Positions 43,606 through 54,187 of a stretch of 64,000 nucleotides of DNA are shown here, in pieces. Where the stretch lies: positions 9,123 through 73,122 of the forward strand of contig JAZNGG010000015.1 in the NCBI GenBank assembly GCA_045576355.1, written 5' to 3'. A program made the translations under genes and the position numbers. The notes under the pieces are model-generated. The model worked only from the letters and a program-made list of their open reading frames with translations, ran no database searches and had not been told where the DNA came from. Every line of letters begins with the position of its first letter. Position 1 is the first letter of the stretch. This DNA is from Bacteroidales bacterium (GTDB lineage Bacteria; Bacteroidota; Bacteroidia; Bacteroidales; UBA3663).

Positions 43606-45072
43606 TCACTTCCCCTTATTTTCAGGGTGCTCATGCCGTTCTCGGGAGTGGTGCACACCTTTAGATCTGTCTCCGCTTCGATTCTCTCTGTGCCGATCGT
43701 TACCACGTTTACCCTCATTCGTTTTGTCACCATTGCGGGGCTCTTTGGGTCGATCATTGTTTCGTTTCCCCTCTTTAGGGATTTCGTCGTTGTGGTTTTC
43801 CTTGTTATCCCGATGTCTGTCACCTCGATTTTTCTTATTCTTTTTGCGACGATCGAACCTTGTCAAATCTTCATCTCCTACACCATCTGTAAACTCGGGT
43901 AATGCCTCCTTCTCATCATCACTGAGAGACAATTTCTCCGGTTTATGTCCGCGCTTGTTCATATTGATAATCTCCCACGCACGAGAGGAGCTGATGGTAA
44001 CAAGGTTAAAAGGTCCATCTTTGGAAGTAGAGTAGGTGACGCTACGACTTAAGATATCAGCCTTAAAGAAGTAATAATCCTGATCCTGTGTCTGGAGGAC
44101 AATATCTTTTTGCGGAATTTCGCGGTTTGCCTCCATATAGCAGTCCACCTCATAGTTAAGACAGCACTTGAGTTTAGCGCATTGTCCTGCCAACTTTTGA
44201 GGATTCATGGAGAGATCCTGAAATCGGGCAGCTGCCGTACCTACACTCATAAACTTAGTGTGCCATCCAGCACAACAGAGTTCGCGTCCGCATGGGCCGA
44301 TACCTCCGATACGTCCTGCCTCTTGACGAGCGCCGATCTGCTTCATCTCTATGCGCACCTTAAACACATCGGCAAGCACCTTGATGAGCTGACGGAAGTC
44401 CACTCGTCCATCTGCAATATAATAGAATATGGCTTTATTTCCATCTCCTTGATACTCGACATCACCGATCTTCATCTCCAGATTCAGATCTTCTGCGATC
44501 TTACGAGAACGAAGCATGGTGTCATGCTCTTTGGCTTTGGCCTCACGATAACGCTCCATATCGCTGGGTTTGGCTATACGGAAAACTTTACGGATGGGAT
44601 CCCGATCGTCAAAGCGCACATTCATCTTCTTGATTTGCAAAGAGACGAGATGGCCGGTCAGAGTAACCTCTCCAATGTCATGTCCGGGATTGCCTTCGAC
44701 GGCAACAATATCCCCCTTATGGAGCTTAAGGTGATTTTGATTGAGGTAATAACCCTTACGAGTATTTTTAAATTGCACCTCAACAAAGTCACACTCTGCA
44801 TTAGCCTCCGGGGCATGTCGCATCCAGTCATAGACCATCAACTTCTTATTGTCACGGCAATTAGCACAAAGGCTCCGCGGATGATCTCCAATCGGTCTCT
44901 CATCGATCTCCTGCTGGCACTCTGCCGGACAACCCTCTTTAGGCTCCTGCGGCTCAACTACCGATGACTCAGCCATAGGTTGCTCTACTGCCGGAGACTC
45001 TGTAACGGGGGTCTCTGTCGGGGATATTATATTATTATTAGGATTGAATGTTTCGTCCATAGGAAGAATCAC
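43606..45072 (-). CDS. PSP1/RicT-family (stage 0 sporulation-like) protein with a charged low-complexity C-terminal tail
   Basis: PSP1 core (VEVQFKNTRKGYYLNQNHLKLHKGDIVAVEGNPGHDIGEV...; CGRELCCAGWHTKF). An alternative ATG start is at 45060. The last roughly 90 aa are R/K/D/E/N-rich. Confidence 0.8.
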   Translation of the reverse strand: MILPMDETFNPNNNIISPTETPVTESPAVEQPMAESSVVEPQEPKEGCPAECQQEIDERPIGDHPRSLCANCRDNKKLMVYDWMRHAPEANAECDFVEVQFKNTRKGYYLNQNHLKLHKGDIVAVEGNPGHDIGEVTLTGHLVSLQIKKMNVRFDDRDPIRKVFRIAKPSDMERYREAKAKEHDTMLRSRKIAEDLNLEMKIGDVEYQGDGNKAIFYYIADGRVDFRQLIKVLADVFKVRIEMKQIGARQEAGRIGGIGPCGRELCCAGWHTKFMSVGTAAARFQDLSMNPQKLAGQCAKLKCCLNYEVDCYMEANREIPQKDIVLQTQDQDYYFFKADILSRSVTYSTSKDGPFNLVTISSSRAWEIINMNKRGHKPEKLSLSDDEKEALPEFTDGVGDEDLTRFDRRKKNKKNRGDRHRDNKENHNDEIPKEGKRNNDRPKEPRNGDKTNEGKRGNDRHRENRSGDRSKGVHHSRERHEHPENKGK

Positions 45073-45139
45073 AATGTTAATGTTAATCCTCTGGAGACTG
45101 TGTGAAAATATTATTTTACGCAGCCTCCTCTATCAGGTG

Positions 45140-45169
45140 GTCATAATGTGTACTAAGCCACATTATGAC
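45140..45169 (-). terminator. 11-bp-stem hairpin downstream of rny
   Basis: GTCATAATGTG, loop tactaagc, CACATTATGAC. There is no clear U-tract, so it may be an attenuator or processing site. Confidence 0.4.
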
Positions 45170-45204
45170 TCGCCGATCTGAGGAAAGGATGTCGCTGTTA
45201 GTTA

Positions 45205-46749
45205 TTATTTTGCGTAGCTGACAGCGCGAGTCTCTCTGATGACAGTGATCTTCACCTGACCCGGATAGGTCATCTCAGTCTGGATCTTTCTTGCGATATC
45301 TGCCGACAACTGTTCTGCCTGAGCATCGTCAATCTTATCCGCTCCAACGATGACACGGAGTTCACGACCTGCCTGGATGGCATAAGTCTTAATTACGCCG
45401 GGATAAGAGAGAGCCATGCGTTCGAGATCCTGAAGACGTTTGATATATGCCTCGATGATTTCACGACGAGCACCCGGACGGGCACCGGAGATGGCATCAC
45501 ACACCTGGACGATCGGAGCGATCAAAGAGTTCATCTCACACTCATCGTGGTGAGCCGCGATGGCATTACAGATATCGGGTTTCTCTTTATATTCCTCTGC
45601 TATCTTAGCACCGAGAAGTGCGTGTGGCAATTCCGGTTCATCATCCGGCACTTTACCGATATCGTGTAAAAGACCTGCACGACGGGCTTTCTTGACATTC
45701 AGACCCAACTCAGCTGCCATGATGGCACAAAGATTGGCTGTCTCACGGGCATGCTGCAAGAGGTTCTGACCATAAGAAGAACGGTATTTCATCTTACCGA
45801 TCATACGAATCAACTCAGGATGCAAACCATGGACACCCATATCGATAGCTGTACGCTTACCGGTTTCGATAATCTCCTCTTCGAGTTGTTTACGCACTTT
45901 GGCAACCACCTCTTCGATGCGTGCAGGATGGATACGGCCATCCAAAACGAGCTGATGGAGCGCCAAGCGAGCGGTCTCACGACGCACCGGATCAAAGCAT
46001 GAAAGAACGATAGCCTCCGGAGTATCATCGACAATAATTTCCACACCGGTTGCAGCCTCAAGAGCGCGAATATTGCGACCCTCACGACCGATAATACGGC
46101 CCTTAATTTCGTCACTATCAATATGGAATACGGTAACCGCATTCTCTGTTGCAGTCTCTGAGGCTACGCGCTGGATGGTTTTAATCACTATAGACTTAGC
46201 CTCTTTATTGGCTGTGAGACGGGCCTCGTCCATAATCTCATTGATGTAAGAAGCGGCTTCTGTCTTTGCCTCATCTTTAAGACCTTCGATCAGTTTAGCT
46301 TTAGCCTCATCTGCACTGAGCCCGGCAATCTGTTCCAGCATGGTACGTGCCTCTTTCTTGATATCCTCCACTTCCTGACGGCGCTGATCGACAAGAGCCA
46401 ACTGGTTTTTCAGATTTTCGCGTTGGTTATCATTGTCAGAAATCTTACGATCCAACTCCGATTGCTTTTGAGACAATTGCTGCTCACGCTGTTTGGCTCG
46501 CTGCTCGCTCTGTTGCAATTTCTGGTTACGCTGATTGGCCTGACGATCAAAGTCAGACTGCATTTTGATGATTTTCTCCTTAACTTCTAAGAGTTTTTTC
46601 TCTTTCAGCATATCTCCCTCTTTGATTGCTTTTTCCCGCTCGCTCTTATATGTCTTACCAAAGACATACTTCATCACCAGCAGAACAATCACACCTCCCA
46701 GCACAAGGCCCACGATGGAGGCGATAGCTATTATTATTTCTTGGTTCAT
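45205..46749 (-). CDS. rny: Ribonuclease Y
   Basis: N-terminal TM helix, coiled coil, KH domain ([15 protein letters not shown]) and HD domain (LLHDIGK). Confidence 0.95.
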   Translation of the reverse strand: MNQEIIIAIASIVGLVLGGVIVLLVMKYVFGKTYKSEREKAIKEGDMLKEKKLLEVKEKIIKMQSDFDRQANQRNQKLQQSEQRAKQREQQLSQKQSELDRKISDNDNQRENLKNQLALVDQRRQEVEDIKKEARTMLEQIAGLSADEAKAKLIEGLKDEAKTEAASYINEIMDEARLTANKEAKSIVIKTIQRVASETATENAVTVFHIDSDEIKGRIIGREGRNIRALEAATGVEIIVDDTPEAIVLSCFDPVRRETARLALHQLVLDGRIHPARIEEVVAKVRKQLEEEIIETGKRTAIDMGVHGLHPELIRMIGKMKYRSSYGQNLLQHARETANLCAIMAAELGLNVKKARRAGLLHDIGKVPDDEPELPHALLGAKIAEEYKEKPDICNAIAAHHDECEMNSLIAPIVQVCDAISGARPGARREIIEAYIKRLQDLERMALSYPGVIKTYAIQAGRELRVIVGADKIDDAQAEQLSADIARKIQTEMTYPGQVKITVIRETRAVSYAK

Positions 46750-46899
46750 GATAAGAATAAAAAATTAGTATATAATTGATTAATTGGGTTTCTCATATAG
46801 CTCCTCATTAAAGGAAGCATACATATATATATAAAACAACACTGCTCCCATTGCTGGGGGTAGTGGTGCATGGTTTCGAGATTATTTAGAGACGTGGTA

Positions 46900-47193
46900 T
46901 TATTGATTCAGATACTGGCGCAACTCTGCCGCCATTTTTTCTATCTCTTCGCCGGCAGCATCAGCATTGCTGTCTGCATCCTGCTTGAGGAATCTAACTG
47001 CAATATCGACAGCCGTAAAGACCAGCATATGTTCTTGTGACAACCCGGCTCCTCTATACTTCTCTGCGTATTGAGCCAATCGGGTATTGATCATAGCGGC
47101 AGCTTTCCTTATCACTCCCTCTTCTTCCGGCTTGACCTGGAGCGGATATTTCTGGTCGGCTATCTTTATATTAATTTTCAATCTCTCACTCAT
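46900..47193 (-). CDS. zapA: Cell division protein ZapA
   Basis: 97 aa. INIKIADQKYPLQVKPEEEGVIRKAAAMIN is a ZapA-type N-terminus, followed by a coiled-coil tail. Confidence 0.8.
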   Translation of the reverse strand: MSERLKINIKIADQKYPLQVKPEEEGVIRKAAAMINTRLAQYAEKYRGAGLSQEHMLVFTAVDIAVRFLKQDADSNADAAGEEIEKMAAELRQYLNQ

Positions 47194-47221
47194 TGCCTAA
47201 CTCTTTTTCACATTATCTAAG

Positions 47222-47521
47222 TTATCCATTGAGTTTTGCAATGCAATCGTCAATTTCATGCACCATACCGAGAAATCTGTCTTTTAGCATTTTGATCTCT
47301 TCTTCCGAATGTGCGGACCCTAATGCCATTCCGGACTGCAAATCCCGATAGTTGCTTTCCAGTCTTGTTTTTTCTGCTTCGAGTGCTTCTATCCGTTTTT
47401 GCTGCTGCTCCACCTGCTGCAGTAATTCTGCATTATATGATTCTGACGCCGTGCATCGCTCCTCTAAGGTCACTATCAGCGCGCGTAGTTCATGCAGCAA
47501 TTTCTTAAAATCGACACTCAT
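47222..47521 (-). CDS. Small coiled-coil protein upstream of zapA (function unknown)
   Basis: 99 aa and heptad-rich (LLQQVEQQQKRIEALEAEKTRLESNYRDLQ). It is co-oriented with zapA, 28 nt upstream. Confidence 0.6.
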   Translation of the reverse strand: MSVDFKKLLHELRALIVTLEERCTASESYNAELLQQVEQQQKRIEALEAEKTRLESNYRDLQSGMALGSAHSEEEIKMLKDRFLGMVHEIDDCIAKLNG

Positions 47522-47551
47522 AGCCTCTTGTCTTGACTGTGAAAATCTTTA

Positions 47552-47559
47552 CAAAGATA
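47552..47559 (-). promoter_or_regulatory. -7 promoter box (TAtcTTTG) for the coiled-coil/zapA operon
   Basis: The reverse complement of CAAAGATA, about 30 nt upstream of the ATG at 47521. Confidence 0.5.
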
Positions 47560-47815
47560 TAATTTATTTTTGATATGACAATTCTTTAGTGCAACTTTTT
47601 TCATTTTCACTATTAAAAAAGCCCCTTTCACCCTGATAACAGAACGTTTTTATTATCATAACCTACCGGTGTCCGACAAAACTTTTCTCTGTAATATAAA
47701 GGTTATTTCGTGCACTTAATTTTTTGAGGCACCTCATTTCTCCTCTTTTTTCACCCTCTCTGATACGCGAAAAAAAGTTATTTTTGGGTTTAAGCTGAAG
47801 AGCTGTGACCTTCTG

Positions 47816-47947
47816 CTTCACGAGGGTACGCTCATGACGCAACGAGGGTACGCTCGTGAGGCAATGAGGCTACGCTCGTGATACAACGAGGGTACGCTCG
47901 TGAGGCGATGAGGCTACGCGCGTTATTCAACGGGACTCTTGACAAAT
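47816..47947. repeat. 22-bp-period minisatellite, array C (cleanest copy)
   Basis: Units are CTTCACGAGGGTACGCTCATGA, CGCAACGAGGGTACGCTCGTGA, GGCAATGAGGCTACGCTCGTGA, TACAACGAGGGTACGCTCGTGA, GGCGATGAGGCTACGCGCGTTA and one decayed unit. Confidence 0.85.
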
Positions 47948-48089
47948 CATTCCACAACCTTTACACCGATCATACGCCAACAATTATCAGTTTTATCCGC
48001 CTCTTCATAAAAAACTAAAATAAGAAAGAAATATTTCGCAAACCAATCCTTTTATATTAATTTATGGTCTATCATTGCGGTGAAAACAT

Positions 48090-48872
48090 TTATTTTCTGA
48101 TGAAATAAATAGATACTTCATAGAGCATGTATAACGGCAAAGTGACCAAAAGCATGGAGAAGATGTCCGGTGGGGTAATGATGGCAGAGACAATCATTAT
48201 AGCCACAAGGGCATGACGACGATAGTTGCGTAACGTTTGGGGTGATATTAATCCCACTTTATGCAGCAAACGGATAGCAATGGGAAGTTCAAAGACACAT
48301 CCCATAGTTAGCATCAGACAGGAAAATGTAGAGATGTAAGAAGAAAGTGTAATCGTGCTGGTCACTTCAGGACTCACCTGATATGATCCCAAAAAATGGA
48401 GCGCGATAGGGAAAATAATATAATAGTTGAGCAGACACCCGAGAGCAAAAAGAAGATAGGTGACCGGGAAGATGATGCGGGCAAAGCGGTATTCGTTTTG
48501 ATAAAGAGCCGGAGCAACAAATTTGAAGATTTGCCAAAGCAAATATGGAAGAGCCAAAAGAAATCCTCCCATCAAAGCCACTTGCAAATGAGCCGAAAAT
48601 TGGGCAGACAACTCCGTACTGATGAGATGGAGATGGAAGTCTCCAAAAAAATTCTTGTCTGCACCCAATATGATACGGCTTAACTCATCTAACCCCCGAT
48701 AGGTTGGGAAGTCGGGCGAACAAGGAGCAAGGATCATATCAAACAAAGGCTCCTTGGCAACGAAGAGCGTAACTGCAACCAAGATCACCGCCACGACACA
48801 TCGCCAAATGACACCCCGCAAAACCTCCAGATGATCCCAGAATGTCATGGGAGAATGTGCATCCTCATTCAT
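48090..48872 (-). CDS. tatC: Twin-arginine translocase subunit TatC
   Basis: Six-TM TatC topology. It starts with a 4-nt overlap with tatA. Confidence 0.9.
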   Translation of the reverse strand: MNEDAHSPMTFWDHLEVLRGVIWRCVVAVILVAVTLFVAKEPLFDMILAPCSPDFPTYRGLDELSRIILGADKNFFGDFHLHLISTELSAQFSAHLQVALMGGFLLALPYLLWQIFKFVAPALYQNEYRFARIIFPVTYLLFALGCLLNYYIIFPIALHFLGSYQVSPEVTSTITLSSYISTFSCLMLTMGCVFELPIAIRLLHKVGLISPQTLRNYRRHALVAIMIVSAIITPPDIFSMLLVTLPLYMLYEVSIYFIRK

Positions 48873-49081
48873 TTAGGATCTTTGTTATATTTACCAGTGT
48901 CTTCGTTTTTATTATTCGCTTTGTCGTCATCGACTCCGTTCATACCATCTTTAAAGCTCTTGACGCCTTTGCCCAGCCCTTTCATCAATTCAGGGATCTT
49001 CTTCCCTCCGAAGAGGAGTAAAATAACAATGGCGATAACCAACACTTCAGAAGTTCCTAATCCAAACATCAAGAATTTCAT
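48869..49081 (-). CDS. tatA: Twin-arginine translocase subunit TatA/E
   Basis: [36 protein letters not shown] is the canonical TatA TM segment plus amphipathic helix. Confidence 0.9.
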   Translation of the reverse strand: MKFLMFGLGTSEVLVIAIVILLLFGGKKIPELMKGLGKGVKSFKDGMNGVDDDKANNKNEDTGKYNKDPK

Positions 49082-49105
49082 AACAATTCGTTTTTAGTAT
49101 TTCGG

Positions 49106-49113
49106 CAAAGATA
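49106..49113 (-). promoter_or_regulatory. -7 promoter box (TAtcTTTG) for tatAC
   Basis: The reverse complement of CAAAGATA, about 25 nt upstream of the ATG at 49081. Confidence 0.5.
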
Positions 49114-49182
49114 GTCAATTATTTTTGATTAATACAACATTAGCTCTTGGTTTTTCACATTATCGACAATCGGTCACATAAA

Positions 49183-49212
49183 GAGGGTGCGCCAATTTTT
49201 TGACACACCCTC
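49183..49212 (-). terminator. Hairpin downstream of frdB with the conserved loop CCAATTTTTTGA
   Basis: GAGGGTGCG, loop ccaattttttga, CACACCCTC. The loop and flanking stem bases recur at 58615-58648. Confidence 0.5.
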
Positions 49213-49282
49213 ATCTAAAGTAATATCTTCTTTCCCCTCGCTTCGAGTTACAAATGTCTCTCAGAGCTGTGGGAAGTTGGGA

Positions 49283-50038
49283 TCAATCGTTGATTTTTGC
49301 CTTGATAAACTCACGATTCAAACGAGCAATATTGCTGATCTTCACGCTCTTTGGGCACTCCATCTCGCAAGCGCGAGTATTAGTACAGTTACCAAAGCCG
49401 AGTTCATCCATCTTAGCCACCATGGCCTTTGCGCGACGAGCAGCCTCTACACGACCTTGCGGGAGGAGAGCGAACTGGCTCACTTTAGCAGAGACGAAAA
49501 GCATGGCTGAACCATTTTTACATGCAGCAACACATGCGCCACAACCGATACAGCTTGCTGAATCCATCGCCTCATCGGCATCAACCTTAGAGATCAAAAT
49601 GGCATTTGCGTCCTGTGCAGCACCTGTATTGACAGAGGTATAACCACCAGCTTGCTGAATCTTGTCAAAAGCCGAACGATCAACCATCAAGTCACGGATG
49701 ATGGGGAAACCAGCAGAACGCCAAGGCTCTACTGTGATTGTCTCCTCATTTTTAAACTTACGCATGTGTAACTGACAGGTAGTGATGGCGTCATCGACAC
49801 CGTGCGGACGGCCGTTGATGTAGAGCGAACACGTACCACAGATACCTTCGCGACAGTCGTGATCAAACACGATAGGCTCTTCGTGTTTGTTGATAAGTTG
49901 CTCGTTGAGTGTGTCCATCATTTCGAAGAAGGACATTTCAGTTGATACGTTCTCGACGCGGTATGTTACGAACTTACCCGGTTCTTTGGGTCCGCGCTGA
50001 CGCCAAACTTTTACGTTTACATTGATTAATTTTTCCAT
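49283..50038 (-). CDS. frdB: Succinate dehydrogenase/fumarate reductase iron-sulfur subunit
   Basis: Cluster ligands [21 protein letters not shown] and [13 protein letters not shown]. Confidence 0.95.
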   Translation of the reverse strand: MEKLINVNVKVWRQRGPKEPGKFVTYRVENVSTEMSFFEMMDTLNEQLINKHEEPIVFDHDCREGICGTCSLYINGRPHGVDDAITTCQLHMRKFKNEETITVEPWRSAGFPIIRDLMVDRSAFDKIQQAGGYTSVNTGAAQDANAILISKVDADEAMDSASCIGCGACVAACKNGSAMLFVSAKVSQFALLPQGRVEAARRAKAMVAKMDELGFGNCTNTRACEMECPKSVKISNIARLNREFIKAKIND

Positions 50039-50116
50039 GTGTAGTCAATTTCTAAAATTAAGAAGTTGGATAATGGCGATTTGTAGCGCCGGTTTTACCC
50101 GGCTGCTACTGCGCGA

Positions 50117-52096
50117 TTAGTTCTTATAGTTACGGGTCTGTACTTTAATATACTGATAGTTGAGTTCCTCCTTGATAAGTTCGGGTGTCTCACCTTCGCC
50201 TGTGTACTTCCAGCAGCCGACATAAGAGAACTTATCATCATGACGGAGAGCCTCTCCTTCCGGAGTCTGGTGCTCTTCACGGAAGTGACCACCACAAGAC
50301 TCTTCACGATTATAAGCATCAAGAGCCATCAACTCACCGATTTCGATGAAGTCAAGGAGACGTAGAGCCTTGTCAAGCTCTACGTTGAGCGTAGAAGCAT
50401 CACCCGGCACATAAACCTCTTTCCAGAATGTCTCACGGATCTCCTTAAGCAACTTGATACCCTTTTCGAGTCCCTCTTTAGTACGTCCCATGCCGACATG
50501 CTCCCACATGATGTGACCCAACTCCTTATGGATGCTGTCCACAGTGCGAGTTCCTTGCACCTTCATGATGCGGTCAATCTTCTCCTGGAGAGCCTTCTCT
50601 GCAGCCTCAAATTCAGGAAGATCGATAGAGAAACGAGGCACCTGAATCTGATCAGCGAGATAATTCTGAATAGTATAAGGCAATACGAAGTATCCGTCAG
50701 CAAGACCCTGCATCAAAGCAGAAGCACCCAGACGGTTAGCACCATGATCAGAGAAGTTAGCTTCACCGATGGCGAAAAGACCCTTGACAGAGGTCATCAA
50801 TTCGTAATCCACCCAAATACCACCCATAGTGTAGTGAATAGCAGGATAGATCATCATCGGTGTCTCATACGGATCCTGATCTGTGATCTTCTGATACATC
50901 TGGAAAAGGTTACCATAGCGCTCCTCAACAGCCTTCTTACCGAGACGCTGGATAGCAGAGCTAAAGTCGAGGAATACGGCAAGGCCTGTAGAGTTTACAC
51001 CATAACCCTTGTCACAACGCTCTTTAGCAGCACGTGAAGCTACGTCACGGGGCACAAGGTTACCGAAAGCAGGATAACGACGCTCCAAATAGTAGTCGCG
51101 ATCCTCTTCTTTGATATCTGTAGGTTTGATTTCACCTTTCTGAAGTTTCTTGGCATCCTCCAGGTTCTTCGGCACCCAGATACGACCATCGTTACGGAGA
51201 GACTCAGACATAAGAGTCAACTTAGACTGAATGTCACCATGTACCGGGATACAAGTGGGGTGAATCTGTGCATAGCAGGGGTTAGCAAACCAAGCGCCCT
51301 TGTGGTAACACTGGATTGCAGCCGAACCATTGCAAGACATAGCATTGGTAGAGAGGAAGTAGGCATTACCATAACCACCAGTACCGATTACTACCGCATG
51401 AGCAGCATGACGCTCAATCTTACCGGTCACAAGGTCACGCACGATGATACCACGAGCGCGCTCTACACCTTCGCTATCCTTAACGAGAACGACATCAAGC
51501 ATCTCATGGCGAGAGTACATCTTAACAGTACCCTTGTTCACCTGACGCATGAGCGCGCTATATGCACCGAGGAGCAATTGCTGACCAGTCTGACCTTTAG
51601 CATAGAATGTACGTGACACCTGTGCACCACCGAAAGAACGGTTAGCAAGTGTTCCGCCATATTCGCGAGCGAAAGGCACACCTTGAGCTACACACTGGTC
51701 GATAATATCGTTAGAAACCTCTGCGAGACGATAGACATTAGCTTCGCGAGCACGATAGTCACCACCCTTGATAGTGTCATAGAAGAGACGGTAGATAGAG
51801 TCACCGTCATTTTGATAGTTTTTAGCAGCATTGATACCGCCCTGTGCTGCGATAGAGTGAGCACGGCGAGCACTGTCTTGAATACAGAAACACTTAACGT
51901 TAAATCCCATTTCACCGAGAGATGCAGCTGCAGATGCTCCGGCAAGACCAGAACCAACGATGATCACGTCAAGACGACGTTTGTTGGCAGGATTGACAAG
52001 TTTCTGATGAGCTTTATAGTTGTTCCATTTCTCTGCCAACTCGCCTTCCGGAATGCGCGAGAGAGCGGGGTCGAGAATAGTTGTTTTAAGTTCCAT
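50117..52096 (-). CDS. frdA: Fumarate reductase/succinate dehydrogenase flavoprotein subunit
   Basis: FAD-binding [14 protein letters not shown], plus HPTCIP and HYTMGGI. Confidence 0.95.
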   Translation of the reverse strand: MELKTTILDPALSRIPEGELAEKWNNYKAHQKLVNPANKRRLDVIIVGSGLAGASAAASLGEMGFNVKCFCIQDSARRAHSIAAQGGINAAKNYQNDGDSIYRLFYDTIKGGDYRAREANVYRLAEVSNDIIDQCVAQGVPFAREYGGTLANRSFGGAQVSRTFYAKGQTGQQLLLGAYSALMRQVNKGTVKMYSRHEMLDVVLVKDSEGVERARGIIVRDLVTGKIERHAAHAVVIGTGGYGNAYFLSTNAMSCNGSAAIQCYHKGAWFANPCYAQIHPTCIPVHGDIQSKLTLMSESLRNDGRIWVPKNLEDAKKLQKGEIKPTDIKEEDRDYYLERRYPAFGNLVPRDVASRAAKERCDKGYGVNSTGLAVFLDFSSAIQRLGKKAVEERYGNLFQMYQKITDQDPYETPMMIYPAIHYTMGGIWVDYELMTSVKGLFAIGEANFSDHGANRLGASALMQGLADGYFVLPYTIQNYLADQIQVPRFSIDLPEFEAAEKALQEKIDRIMKVQGTRTVDSIHKELGHIMWEHVGMGRTKEGLEKGIKLLKEIRETFWKEVYVPGDASTLNVELDKALRLLDFIEIGELMALDAYNREESCGGHFREEHQTPEGEALRHDDKFSYVGCWKYTGEGETPELIKEELNYQYIKVQTRNYKN

Positions 52097-52186
52097 TTTT
52101 ACTTCCGTAAATTAAGGGTTAAAAAGAATTGGTGTTTTTTGGGGTGGGATGTTAATATCCCTGATTATGCCAATAGTGAGAAAAGA

Positions 52187-52873
52187 TTACACACCACAGC
52201 ATGCACCGCAACTCCAGTTACGAATCACTCCGGCGAGGATAACTGCCAGGAATCCGAGACAGAGAAGCGTGGTATAAATACGGCTGATGCAGATCCAGCG
52301 GTTGAGCCATACTTTACCGCTCCAGCCCAATGTGTGCATAGCGCTCCAGAAACCATGATTCAAGTGGAACCAAAGAGCTGCGATCCAAATAACATAGATA
52401 CACACATAAACCGGGCAAGAGAAAGTCTGCTCGATCCAGTAAGAACCATCAGCGGCATGAGCGAGGTCTCCTGTGTGAGTAAGCTCAGCAAACATCATCT
52501 TAAACCAGAAGTTGTAGCCATGGATAGCCAAACCGCAGAGAACAACAACGCCCAAAGCGAGCATGTTTTTAGATTCCCATTCGATGGGCTGCTTGCCGGA
52601 AACGGCATAACGCTCCTTGCCACGAGCACGGAGGTTCTGCACATTGAGCCAAAAAGCATAAATGATGTGGATCACGAAGAGAGCAGCCAAAGCGCCGGTG
52701 GCAGCAACAGCATACCAGTTCGCACCCAAAAATTCACACACCAAGTTGTAACCCTCCCGAGAGAAGATATACACGAGGTTCATCGCCATGTGAAAGGTAA
52801 GAAAGAGGATCAAGGCGGTACCTGTCACACTCATCACTACCTTACGGCCGATAGAGGAAGATGTTAACCACAT
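52187..52873 (-). CDS. frdC: Succinate dehydrogenase/fumarate reductase cytochrome b subunit
   Basis: Five predicted TM helices with conserved His residues. It is the first gene of the frdCAB order typical of Bacteroidales. Confidence 0.85.
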   Translation of the reverse strand: MWLTSSSIGRKVVMSVTGTALILFLTFHMAMNLVYIFSREGYNLVCEFLGANWYAVAATGALAALFVIHIIYAFWLNVQNLRARGKERYAVSGKQPIEWESKNMLALGVVVLCGLAIHGYNFWFKMMFAELTHTGDLAHAADGSYWIEQTFSCPVYVCIYVIWIAALWFHLNHGFWSAMHTLGWSGKVWLNRWICISRIYTTLLCLGFLAVILAGVIRNWSCGACCGV

Positions 52874-53096
52874 AGAGTTTAAAAAAAATTGATTGTTATT
52901 GAATAGATTTAATTAATATTGTTTCCGTATGGTATGGAATAAAACGATGCGAAAATAATGATTTTTATGCATTCTGCCAATTTTCCGCACTCATATTCTA
53001 TTTGGAAGCCCTTATTTTACCCTCTTTTGAGATGTCGGCTTTCTGTTTTTGTTTGATAAATTTTGTTTTCCGCACGCGTTGCATTATCTTCGCGAC

Positions 53097-54086
53097 ATGA
53101 AAATAGCAGATATTACATTTCCTGATCGCCCAGTTTTTCTTGCTCCGATGGAAGATGTCACCGATGTCGGTTTTCGTCTTTTATGTAAGGAACAAGGAGC
53201 AGACATGGTCTATTCGGAATTTGTCTCAGCCGATGCACTCATCCGCTCGATCGACAAGACCCAACGCAAGCTTCACCTCTTAGAAGAAGAGCGTCCTGTA
53301 GTGATACAGATCTACGGACGAGATGTGGTGTCGATGGTAGAGGCAGCCCGGCTTGTCGAAGAGGCTCGTCCGGACATCATCGATCTCAATTTTGGGTGTC
53401 CGGTTAAACGAGTTGCCGGCAAGGGTGCCGGTGCCGGACTACTGCAAAACGTCCCGTTACTACTTGAGATCACTCGCGAAGTGGTCAAAGCTGTAAAACT
53501 TCCTGTGACGGTCAAGACCCGCCTCGGATGGGACTGCGAACATAAGATTATCGTCACATTGGCAGAACAACTCCAAGACTGCGGCATCGCAGCTCTCGCC
53601 ATACATGGACGCACGCGAAGCCAGATGTACACAGGCGAGGCTGACTGGCGTCTGATCGGAGAGGTAAAAAATAATCCTCGGATGCACATTCCCATCATTG
53701 GCAACGGAGACATTACCTCTGCAGAAATTGCCCGTGAGCGTTTTGAGCAATATGGGGTAGATGCCATCATGGTAGGTCGTGCCACATTTGGTCGTCCATG
53801 GATATTCCGCGAAATCCGTCATCTGCTCGACACAGGATCTCCACTCCCCCCTCTTTCGGTGGAGTGCTGCATCGGATTGTTGCGTCGGCAAGTAGAGGAG
53901 AGCGTCTCTCGCATTGGAGAGTATCGCGGCATCCTGCACATCAGGAGGCACCTGGCAGCGACACCTCTATTTAAGGGAATTCCCAATTTCCGGGAGACCC
54001 GCATCCGAATGCTTCGCGCAGAAACCGTAGAGGAATTATTTGCAGTGATGCAAGAGGCGGCAGAAATGGTCTCCGGCAAATCATAA
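53097..54086 (+). CDS. dusB: tRNA dihydrouridine synthase DusB
   Basis: Start trimmed to MKIADITFPDRPVFLAPMEDVTDVGFRLLC. Contains DLNFGCP and AIHGRTR. Confidence 0.9.
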   Translation: MKIADITFPDRPVFLAPMEDVTDVGFRLLCKEQGADMVYSEFVSADALIRSIDKTQRKLHLLEEERPVVIQIYGRDVVSMVEAARLVEEARPDIIDLNFGCPVKRVAGKGAGAGLLQNVPLLLEITREVVKAVKLPVTVKTRLGWDCEHKIIVTLAEQLQDCGIAALAIHGRTRSQMYTGEADWRLIGEVKNNPRMHIPIIGNGDITSAEIARERFEQYGVDAIMVGRATFGRPWIFREIRHLLDTGSPLPPLSVECCIGLLRRQVEESVSRIGEYRGILHIRRHLAATPLFKGIPNFRETRIRMLRAETVEELFAVMQEAAEMVSGKS

Positions 54087-54115
54087 AAAGTACGACTTAA
54101 GGCGCTTAGACATTA

Positions 54116-54152
54116 ATTCCCCCTGTAGCAATTCATCTGCTGCAGGGGGAAT
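54116..54152. terminator. 15-bp-stem hairpin between convergent dusB and trmD
   Basis: ATTCCCCCTGTAGCA, loop attcatc, TGCTGCAGGGGGAAT. One T-G position pairs only in the + strand RNA. Confidence 0.7.
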
Positions 54153-54187
54153 TTATATTCGAAATTATATGGGATGACCCGACAACC

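Noticed and set aside
46750-46899. 6S RNA (ssrS) downstream of zapA, by analogy with E. coli gene order.
   Set aside because: The gap is only 150 nt, AT-rich, and shows no long interrupted helix with a central bubble. It is more likely just the rny promoter and leader.
47926-47965. A second sRNA promoter after array C (CTCTTGACAAAT... resembles the CCTCTTGACAT block).
   Set aside because: No TAnnTTTG box follows at the right spacing, and no hairpin or T-run is found downstream. It is likely a decayed fragment.
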